From Tubiluchus corallicola (Eukaryota > Animalia > Priapulida), in the NCBI GenBank assembly GCA_030141605.1, contig JAQGDQ010000032.1, forward strand, positions 813,184 to 877,183: a stretch of DNA of 64,000 nt. Reading direction: 5' to 3'. The notes beneath the pieces are model-generated. The model was not told the origin of the DNA. It was given only the letters and a program-made list of their open reading frames with translations, and searched no databases. Shown one piece after another: positions 53,233 through 64,000 of the stretch (positions are counted from its first letter, which is position 1; the number at the start of each line of letters is the position of its first letter). The translations under genes and the position numbers were made by a program.

Positions 53233-55357
53233 AAGCTCCCTGGAAGCATTTTTTCCACAAGAGCTCACCCAACATCATTAGTGTGCATCTAGGAATCTAA
53301 CTTTGCAGCACTCACTATAAATAATTTCGTTTAGAAAACTAACGATAATTACACAGAGTTAAGCAAACACAAATTTATGATTACTGACAGGTTTTCAGCT
53401 TTTCATAACTTTGCAATTGTTTCTTTTCAACACCAGAAGCGTAAACTTCAGGTCATCTAAATCTGGCATGTCATCAGGATTCCGAAATGCTTTTTATGGG
53501 TTGGTAAATCGTACAGTTTGTGAATGTACACATACCATGATTGATTTGCATACGGTGTACAAATTTCAGCCAGGATTGTTTAAATAATATATAAACCACG
53601 TGTATACACCTGTCTGTCTGTTGTCATTGACCTGTCAGATTACATAAATTACAATGGCTTCTTTGGCTGCCTCCGTTGACTAAAAAGTCCGCTATCAATG
53701 GCTTCACGTGACTTACACATGAATGTTTTATTTCAATTGCAAATTAGCTTTGTCCCTAACTAGCTAAAGTGAATTTGACAGGACGCACCTGCGCACTGCG
53801 ACTTCATCTTACGTTTCCGCAATTATGAACAGTTAATTCTCTAGAGGATAAAGAGGAAATTAATTTGGAAGAATCCAAATATTTTAAACCCTTATTGTTT
53901 GAATTAATCACGTGGCCTTCCTATCTATTGCATGATGTTAATAATATTTTATCTCCGTTAGATAAAAATGTAACCGAGACAAATACAAATGTACTAGCTG
54001 AGTTATTACTTTTTGGTATTTGCTGATTTCGAACATCTTAATAAGATAAACTGCTTAATCTTGTTATATTATCATTGTTGTATCATATAGTTTTCTGTGT
54101 TGTCGCACTTAAAAGTCGTAAAAGCTTTATATTTAAACAAAAAATGGTTTATATTAACTACACGATATACATTCGATCAATCGATTCGATCGAGAAATCA
54201 TGATTCGATTTTAAAATTGCAACCTCATGGAAAAAGGTTTGTGCTAATTAATTTACTCTGAAAACGTTGTTCGTTGGCCTCGCCTAATTGAAATTTATGT
54301 TACGTTTACACGGAAGAAAGCATTACTAGATTGAACGCATCGATTTTAAATTCAACAACGGAAATAGAAATCAGTGACAGATCGGTCTGGACTGCGTTTA
54401 GGAAGATTTAGTTTTCTGGACATTATTCAAATTCCAAATCTCACTTTTGCATGCTAGGCTCTTTTAAAGCAGGACCTTAGCAGGTGATGTATAGGATCAG
54501 TCAAGTAAGAAAAATTGTTTCAACCATAAAGTTGAACTAGCGATGATTGCGAATCGTACATATTCTCTCTGGCTTCATTATCGAAGATGTTTTGCATCAT
54601 TTGGAGCGCCGACTGGCCATTATCTGAGTGGAAGAGTTAGGCAGTCCGATTATTACAGCTACAAAGCGTTTGATTAGTGACGCCATCATTTGTCATGGCC
54701 GCAGAATGATCAGACTTGCCTCCAAAACGATGTTTATTGACAATCAAGCGAATCTCGCTATTATCAATCATCCGTATCAATACAGACGTTTTCCGAAGAG
54801 GTTATGCAATCAAACGGACGCAGAAAATTTTCCTGTCTGTATTGTTTGAGGAAGTTGATCTTCTGCAATAATTCCGAGGTACAAGGCTGTCATCAATATT
54901 TGCTTTCCTCTTCAAATCGATTGTTTTTCTTTCATTTATGGTCTTGTCTGTGACCTCCACCGGATTCTGTTTTCTACAGATCTTGGTTACAGATAATGCG
55001 GAACTGTGGCATATAATACTGGCTCTATAACGTCAACTGTTTCTTTGTTATAAGAACTTATGAGCATTCCATTGGTAAGTAAATCTGAGTTTGGTTTAAG
55101 ATGATCCCTTACTAACACGTACTCGCCTTGAATCCCCCTTGATGCGTCTAGTTGATCTTCTGTGACCAACTTATTTGCAAGTAGATCCCGATTCTTTGCA
55201 AGACGCAGAAGCAGATAAATAAATATGGAAGTGGTATGAAACATTTACATGTAAAGAAGTATTCAGGGTTTAAATTTAATTAATTACTGATTGGATTAGG
55301 TTCAATTGGATTGTATCGAACCGGATTAGATTATGTGTTTAACTCTCATCCTTACTT

Positions 55358-55416
55358 ACACACACGCACGCGCATGTACACACGTGCACGCGCACGCACA
55401 CGCACATACACACACA
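55358..55416. repeat. Alternating purine-pyrimidine (CA/CG)n tract
   Basis: acacacacgcacgcgcatgtacacacgtgcacgcgcacgcacacgcacatacacacac. Confidence 0.85.
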
Positions 55417-55699
55417 GTAATATGTTTACGTGTATGTTAAAGGTATACAAAGTACATTAAAATGTATACCTATTCATACATATATATCATATAAAAACAT
55501 ACAATACACATTAAAATGAGTACGCGCATAAAGAGCGAGACAATAACGTTCAACATGAAAATAACCATCAACATAAACGGGTCATTGAGGGAGGTGTAGG
55601 GGAAACACAATGAGCAAACGCTTTTCACATGCTTGTGCTTGTTAAATACTGTGTACGCGTTTAACACCTGACTTTATGTATGATTCTATGATCTGATAT

Positions 55700-55970
55700 G
55701 ATCTAAGTCTTTATGTAGCTTTCTTTCATTTAAAGACTTAAGATTTAAAAGTTCAAGCGTGACTGATATGACACATAAGCAATTTCACATCTATTGTACA
55801 AACGTCTAGTAAAATACCTTTGAAATATTTCAATTTTATCAACAGTAGTTAACAACGTGGAGCTCCAGGCATACGAACAATATTCTAATGTTGATCTAGT
55901 ATACGTTTTCCACGTCTTCAATAATGTTTCTTTGCCATTTGCAATGAACGTTCTGAAAATCATATTGGTA
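55700..55970 (-). mobile_element. CR1/L2-group LINE fragment (post-RT region)
   Basis: IFRTF......LLKTWKTYTRSTLEYCSYAWS......DKIE.FQRYFTRRL....SYQSRL, same motif family as the 45.5-46.8 kb element. Confidence 0.85.
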
Positions 55971-57818
55971 ATAGTAAACTTATAATAAATTAAAACTTAA
56001 ACTGACAATATGTTGCAATATCAGTTTCCTGTAAGCTTTTAAGCACAGGTTAGGATTAGTTGAAGATGACAAATGTCAACGTGGTAGCATCCAAACACCG
56101 GAACAAACATTTAACTTTTGATTGCCAACTAGTATTAGACGAACACAGTCCAGTTTTGGAAAATGCAACTGGTAACAGAAATATAAGAAATATATACAGA
56201 CAACGTGAGGAAAATATTTTAAAACTGTATTTAAAAACTGTAGATCACTTGGTTATAAATAGACTAATAGGTAATTAAAATTGGCAGTAGATATGCAAAT
56301 AGACTAGTGTAATTAATTAATAATTATACAAGCAATAATTTTAATTAAATCTGCTATGAGCTGTTGTATGTAAATACCAATTGTATATGCAGAACTGTTT
56401 TTGTAATTGTAATTGCAACTGCAATTATTGCATATAATATCGATCTCACATAATAAATAGCATATATGAGCCCTTGCCCTGCAATTAAAAGATTTAATTT
56501 GGATTGAATAAAAAATTTACAATAATAATAATCAGTTTCCATTTTTAGGCTCAAATTTCAATGGCGTTCACTCGGCGAATACAACTCGGTGTTTCGCTCT
56601 ACTGCATTAACTGATGGTAACATTTGATGCTTTTGTCATTATTGGCAAATATGTCTGTTTCTTTCCAAGTCTAATAACTAAAGCTCACATAAACTGTCAC
56701 TTCCGCACACGCTTCCTGTGTTACTTATTGCATCTGTCAATCCACATTGGAGACATTACGTCTGTCAAGTCAACGAGTATGAGATCCCCTTGTACAGGGT
56801 GTCATAAAAGTCCGTGCCCGCTTAACCCATAATATATATAATAAATGGATAAAAATTAAATTTTGATTAGTTTTGGTCTGACTCTGAGTTTAACTGAATT
56901 ATGCTTTAAGTTTTTATAGGTGACGTACGTTATAGCAGCTGCAATATTGGTATTAAATTTTATAACATGTTATACATCTTACCTTATTGCGCAACTTGTC
57001 GTTAATTAGCTTTTCAAAGCAGGGTTATTATAGCATTCGCAACTACAAGTGGCATGCATTTCTTTTATTTCTATTGGATTCTTTTTAGTGCCAGCCTGCT
57101 AAAAGCATTATGGTAAAGTCGTCACAGAGAATTTTTAAGCCCAATAAAGAATTCCGCTAAAACTTGTTATACGAATCTTATATACGTTTAACGTGTTTTT
57201 AGAATTAAAGTCAGCGGGTTTTGAATAAACGTTTCGTAATTATAGCTACCATTTCCATTTTATATGATTTCGTAAAAACTTATTAAAAAGGGAAGTGAGT
57301 AGATTGCTTATAGCTGCCATTCGCGTCCTAGCAATGGAACATCACTTTTAAGCTCGTTTAATCTTATCTGTTGCAACATAAGCAGAGGAAGGGAAACAGA
57401 ATCACTTGTTTAGAGTAATGCTTTCTAAAAACAACCGTATATACACGAACTCGTGCTGAGACGAGTAAGAGGAGCAGTTCAGAGCAATTCCACACAACAT
57501 CTTCTCCTGTTTCGCTCATCCTGTGTCATCAGGACCTGTGAGATGTGCTGTAGCATAAAATGTTTAGTCGTTCTTTGCATGAACTTCTAAACTTCTAACT
57601 GCAAAAATATATACGTTGACCGTTACGGTGGAATAGGATTAGTTGGGTTTGTATTTCAACACCTCTATAAGGCAAAGTATATCGTTTTGGTCAATGCAGT
57701 AGGCTCACGCATTAGTCGCAAAGTTAGACAATTTTGTAAATTTTGCGTTACAGGCAGATACTGTTTCAAATATCAATGTCGCTAAATCTGAGGCCGATGT
57801 TCCTACTTTTACTGTTAT

Positions 57819-57823
57819 GTTTG

Positions 57824-57855
<32 letters not shown>

Positions 57856-57868
57856 GGTGGTGGTGGTA
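57819..57868. repeat. (GTT)n(GGT)n microsatellite
   Basis: Direct inspection. Confidence 0.9.
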
Positions 57869-60800
57869 TTGGTGTTGATGATGGCGGCGACTGTGGCGTC
57901 CCCGCGATGGAGGTGGTGATTTCGATTGATGTATTCTTTGTGCCGCTGCGTTTGGTTTACCTTGCCTGATTATTTCATTGCTGCTGCCGCTACAGTCTGG
58001 CTGTTTTTTGAGACTTTTATTGATTTTTTTTTTGGTGCAAGGATGTTGTCAAAAATGTGTCTGTACGTGTAAGATTTCTCGTTTAACCAACTTTTGCCCG
58101 AGATTGTTAAAATTTCTTGACAAAAGCTTTTACAAATTTGTACTCCGTAGTGTAACAGAGCCTACAGACCTATGGGTCACCATATTAGTTTGTCACTTTA
58201 CTAATGTAATTCTTCTTGTAAAATTTGTAATTGCCATTATTATAACGTGGTTCTATTAAAATATACTTGCAATTTACATAAATATATTATTATAATATAT
58301 TTGCAATTTATTACAAGCAGCCTCAAGTATAGATATGAGTGTTGATCTGAGTTTATGGAATCAACGCATATCGACCCTCGATAATCTACGATATTTATGC
58401 GATAAAGGTTCGCTTAAATGACGAAGGAGCTATCACATCACTTTCCTCACCTTACATTACCCATGTAAATGCAGCCAAAACATCATTTGCAGAAGAATTC
58501 TAGACAGTGCAGAGTACTTCGAATAATTCGAAAATCATAAAAAACAGCACAAATCGCAACATCGAGCGTGATGATAGCCCACTCATAGAATTAACCCACA
58601 CATATACACACATAACTCCATATAATCCCAGACAAAAAAGTGTCCGTTTTCGTTAGAGCAAAATTCTCTTATGGGGCATTTCAGAATATTAAATTTAAGA
58701 ATTAATCCCACCCTGTTAAGTATAAAAACAACTCTTTATCGCCCAAAGCGCCATTCGGTTTGAATGGGGATAAATAATGGTAAAAAGCGGTCCTTAGAAA
58801 CTAATTCCCTAAATATCAGTAACTGGGGATCTAATGGATTAATGAAGACTCACGTGCACTGAAAGAACAGTGGACGTCTGAACTAATCGAAGAATGATTA
58901 TAATAATTCAGTTAAATTCAAAAATTTCCAAATAGTCTGGAACATATGGTGTAGAAGTATATGCAATACCAAAACAGAAATAAGACTCTAATATTCTAGT
59001 TGTGTAATTAAAAATTAACAAGCTAAAATGTATGTTCAGTTTTAAAATCGAGGCATAAAGGTGAAAAATTAAACTACTAAATGGTGAATTTGCAAATTCA
59101 TTACAAATCATTAGAAGTCAAGCGCAAAAAAAATTATAGCATCTTGACATCTATAAGTTCCTGCTAAGAATGTTGTCTCAGAATGTGTCAGGAGAATGTT
59201 CTTTTCAGTCAACATTAAAGGATTTTGTTTAAACGAGTACTTCCTGTTTCCCCTCCCCAAAATCGGTATCTCCAGGAGGTTGACAGGGTCTGTTTAGTTT
59301 AGAATGGGCCATTGATGTTTATTTTATTTTCTGAAGTAAGCAACACAAGCGCACTTAACCCGTTCACTCCCACTCATGCAACAATATCAGTCACCAGGCT
59401 TTATAGTAAGTAGGCCTATAAGCCAACAGTGTATGTGTCAGTCTGTACTGTTACGCTCTGTCTCACAGTTCTAATTAATAAAACGCTCACAATAAAGAAA
59501 CGCGAGGTTTCAGTGTGAACTATCGTGAACAAATCAGTCTCCTTTCAAAACAACCAAAAAATCTTATAAATTTGATAATTCGGATTACTTAAATCGCTGG
59601 CTTCCTCTCAAGCTTTAACTTCACGCCACATCATTACCAAAATTTCGATACCCATTCATGTATAACTCAGCAAAACATTATAACTTGTTGGCTATTTTCA
59701 CTTCATTGTATTTAACGTTATGATATTGTTCATATCACAATATTATATTTTACCTTGTACTGTTTCCAGTAAACAGATATAACAGATAATTAGTATGATA
59801 TTATGTTAACACTTAGTAATAAAATGATTTGGTCTTTGATGTGCAAGCTTTCTCAATGTATGGACGGTGTAAGATACTCCATATAAAACCAAATCATGCA
59901 AAAACTGAGGAATACATTGTTTGCCTTGATATAAAGCAAATTTTTGCAGAGCACCACTTAGGAGTTTCTTTAAGCTTTTAGTTTCTAGCATTTTAGAAAG
60001 ATTAGGGCTCTTCCGTTTCCCCTTTCTTTTTTATTTAGTGAAGCTGCTGTTTCTGTCTGTATATAAGTTCTGGCTGTAGACAAGAAGACCCAGAGTGTGC
60101 TGCCTATCATTCAACATTACCACTTTAGACTGCGGCTAAAAGGCTTCAATGATTAGACTTCTCATCACTCAAACAAAAGCTAAAAACATTCGCTAACTTA
60201 CAGCATCCAGTGCATGCAAAGAGAGCGCTCAAGTTCTGTATTGCATACTTGGGTTATTAAAATGTCTTTATGTTATGTGAAACGGTAATCAGCAACTACC
60301 CAAAATGTAAATAGTCCTTAGCGAACGCGACTAGATAAGACTTGTATTAGATTAACTCACTGGTCATATTGATTAAAACGTACGAAAGAGGTTTATAAAA
60401 TACTATCATATTTTATAGTATGTATTATAAAAAAGCAATTCTGAGCTAGTTAAATTACACGATCAAAGTCTAAGGATTTTTTATGAAATTAAATTTGTAG
60501 AAGTTCTTATTTTCTTCCTTTTCTTCTTTCTCCTTTTGCTCCTTCTCCTACTCGCTTTTTTCAAAAATATGCAAAGTTCTATCGACTCATTCGATTGCAG
60601 TCAGAAAAACATCCTCTGACGGCAAAATTGCTATACAAACAAGCTGATTTATCTTGTACGGCTGTCTTTACTAAAATTCCTTCAGAGAAATAAATTCATC
60701 AGTTTTCTTTATCACGTGTCTGGTATTGCAAGTCAAATATAGAATTTACACAGTGACATAATACAGCAAAAGTTTGTAATTTATCAGTAACAACATTATT

Positions 60801-60914
60801 GTTAATGAGAAGTGGCACTGGACATTGGCATACATAACGAAAGTAGTTTCATAATATTATGCATCTGTTGCGTTACGTGGAGTAAACAGCATTACATTCT
60901 AATGATTCGATAAT

Positions 60915-60975
60915 AACCGGAAGTGACGCCGGAAGTAGGTCACCTTCGCGACGTGACCAAGTTATTTCGCGACGT
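60915..60975. promoter_or_regulatory. Tandem ETS sites (CCGGAAGT x2) with TCGCGA motifs; possible promoter or enhancer
   Basis: accggaagtgacgccggaagtaggtcaccttcgcgacgtgacc...ttcgcgacg; no linked exon identified. Confidence 0.3.
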
Positions 60976-61582
60976 ATCTTTGCCATGATACGTGTTAATA
61001 TAATAAGTTTTATTACATTTTTACGTATCTGCTGGCCAAATGGATTATTCCCGCACAAGGTCAAAGCTTTTGCTGAGGGAAGCCAGCGGTTTAACTGCTA
61101 CATGTTATGGAGCAATATGTTTTATGTTGGATGCCAGAGTCCAAATGTATAGTAGCTATGGTTGGATAAATAAATGTAATATATGGGCTCATGGCGAGTT
61201 GCATAACAAACGGATACATGTCTCAGCGATGGATTTTATTTACGTCATCCTTGTCCCTCTATGCCCTAGTCGATCCTGTGGTGACTATTTTCTCTAAGAA
61301 TTTTAAAAACTACTACTAATTTCCAGCCTACACATGCAAACCAAGCGCATGTAGTTAGTACGTAAAAAATACAAATTTCCCCCTAGCAGCACTTACAGAA
61401 GAATGGAGATTTCAAAAGATGAGAATAACTCTTTAGAAAATTTTCCAAAAGCACAATCTATTCCGTTTGGATTCTTCGTTTCTTATCAGTTGCAGAAACG
61501 GTTACCTTAATTACAAATCGTGTTTGATTATTTTTTAAACCTGAAGAAAAGCTGAAATGTTATACAGAGATAATAATAGTGT

Positions 61583-61613
61583 GTCTCTCTGTGTGTGAGA
61601 GCCTCTCTCTCTA

Positions 61614-61680
<67 letters not shown>

Positions 61681-61704
61681 ATCTCTCCTCTCTATCTCTT
61701 TCTC

Positions 61705-61738
<34 letters not shown>

Positions 61739-61756
61739 GCTCGCTCGTTCACTACA

Positions 61757-61787
<31 letters not shown>

Positions 61788-61830
61788 ATCTCTCTTTCCT
61801 CTTTTTTCTCTTTTGTTCTCTTCTCCTTAC
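61583..61830. repeat. Long imperfect (CT)n microsatellite
   Basis: Direct inspection. Confidence 0.95.
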
Positions 61831-64000
61831 CACGGGCTCTAGCACAAACAGGAAACGTTTAAATCACTGTTTTTTTCGTAATCCCCAATTGCTTTTCCTT
61901 GAATAGTACTCGCAAATTTCTTAATATTCAAAACAACGAGCTCAGGTTTTCGCAAAGCTGTTTGTTTAGCCAATCTGGTATAGCTTATTACTCAAGCGAA
62001 TTACGATATGTAGTCAGTCAGTTGTTTCTACTTACTTGTTATCATAGCCCACAAGATGAAGCGAAAGTAAAGAAAATCACCTCTCAGCACCGTGTATGTT
62101 GGGGCTATGAACACATGACCCCGTGTGTGAGGTGCAGCTAGAATAAACGTAAACACTGATGACGTCATAGCACCAAACACGTCTTTTCATCTGTCACAGT
62201 TATTACTAAAAAGATTGAGCAAAGGCTAATATTTTCTTAACATGTAAATTTAGGTGGCGTTTCTTTATTTGATTATGAACTGATTTTTGATTATTAAAGA
62301 AACCATGCTGGGTTCTAAAACGGCTTCTTAATAGATTGAACGGCTACTTTTATACTGATGATTGTGGCAGCACCGGAACCAACTCATTATCGAAGATAAT
62401 GCTTTAAAGATGAAACCTGCAGAAGCTCATAAAATAATAAATAATGCCTCAATAAAATAAATGGCCGAAAGCAGTATCATGACCCAACTATGTCAGTGTC
62501 TGTAAACGCATATTGTGATCTTCACCAAGTTGAAAACCTATAAAAAATTATACTTTTTGTCCATTTTGTTTCAGACGGGCATTGGCCGTTTTTACACAGA
62601 GATAATAATATCTATATCTATATAACTATAGTCTCTTTCTCTCTCTCCATCTCTCTCTCTTTCTCAGTGGATCCTGTGTAAGTGGATTATACAGAATTTT
62701 GGGATATTTAAGAAGATGTTGCTTTTTTCAATGCCTAAGAGAAGCCTGTGTCATTGACAGAACGTAAACCAATTTTCAAGTGTCGCGGAAAAAACTTATA
62801 AAATGTAATCCCATCTGCGTTGTGTAATCCACCTGAAAAATGTCAACCTCTGTTATTTTTCTGCGCATTTTCAGCAGCACGTTCAGACAATCTTGTATAT
62901 CACAGTCTTGTACGAACACACTTTTATGTATAGCCAAGGGCATCGGTAATTTGTTTGGAATTACTTCACACACGTTTATGGCTTTATAATCAAAAGAGAC
63001 ACAGAGAGAACAACCGCAGGTATTCCTTAATTTGCTTTCCTGGATTCGCGTGCGTGTGTGGCATAATCACTACATTCGTACATTCATGAATTCGGCATTT
63101 CGATTTGTTATACAAAATATGTACATATATAGCAAATCTAAGTATTCACACTAGAAAAAAATTGCATCGAAATTAAATTGCAAGAATGAATATTAACCAC
63201 TTTTTATATCACTGTATAATGTAATCTAAATTCAGTATTCCGCTATACTATCGTTACTATTTAGCTACAACTAGTCTGCTTTTGAACAACATTAAATTCC
63301 TGTGAGCTTCAGTTAAGTTTTCGTCTCTAATATGGGTTGACGCCCTTCGTTTTCTTTGTCGTACTTTCTACATACGTCTTAACAGTAGCCTATATCTTTA
63401 CCTTGATAACGCACAATTTTTGTTTCAGTATGATTTTCTCCACAAGCTAACAAACTCAACTAACTATCTAGCTAGGTGAACTAAAATTTTGGACCTTCAT
63501 GAGAGAGATGATTTTGTGTTGTGTGCGCGTTTATCCATAGTTTCTGCATTTTGCTGTTAAACTCGGTCAAGTTTGACAACCGTGGGCGCCGAAAAGGCGA
63601 AGCAAAATCTCATCTTTGCGCGCTGGAAGAATCTGGGTTAGCTACTGGTTTCATTAGCACGTCAAAACAAAATGTTTACTGTTGGCAAATACTAAACAGC
63701 TTATATTGTTTTAACAGATACTTTACACGTCAATGCCTTTAGGCTTCCGCTTTTTGATGCTGCATATTATTTTTCACTTTTGCAGATTGTACATTATAGG
63801 ACAAAAAACTAAAAATCGCTAAGTTTCCATTTCAGGCCATTGTGTTAGTGATGTTAATTAAGATAATCATGGTACTAGAACTTACAATCAACAACTTGTG
63901 AACTGTGTTACACAAAAATTTTTGTCTAAAAATTAACACTCAATCGCAGCGTAGAAAGACTGGAACTAGGACCAATCACAGACTGAGAAGATTAGATAGG

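Noticed and set aside
55249-55262. atgtaaagaagtat resembling miR-1
   Set aside because: Seed differs (no TGGAATG) and there is no complementary hairpin arm

Overview
AT-rich invertebrate (probably protostome) animal genomic DNA; no prokaryotic features. The first ~27 kb holds three conserved genes: the 5' three coding exons of a ZNF511-like zinc-finger gene (minus strand, runs off the window start); a complete, entirely intronless 1054-aa ASAP1/2-type ArfGAP (minus, 4098-7262) ending only ~320 bp before the ZNF511 start codon; and, head-to-head with ASAP, a 13-coding-exon SMAD4/Medea gene (plus, 8772-25252, ~768 aa, long S/T/P/Q-rich linker) whose splice phases I joined by hand into one open frame. 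Introns carry MITEs (PIF/Harbinger-like, hAT-like), a probable solo LTR, and an inverted-repeat pair bracketing the second SMAD4 coding exon. The remaining ~37 kb is mostly non-coding and looks richer in CpG: microsatellites, decayed CR1/L2-type LINE fragments, SINE-like heads, a ~340-bp-arm inverted repeat, and a possible signal-peptide first exon of a large unidentified gene at 34816. The best lead is the SMAD4 <-> intronless ASAP -> ZNF511 arrangement (retrogene nested in, or co-transcribed with, ZNF511). All identifications are from remembered family motifs, not database searches.
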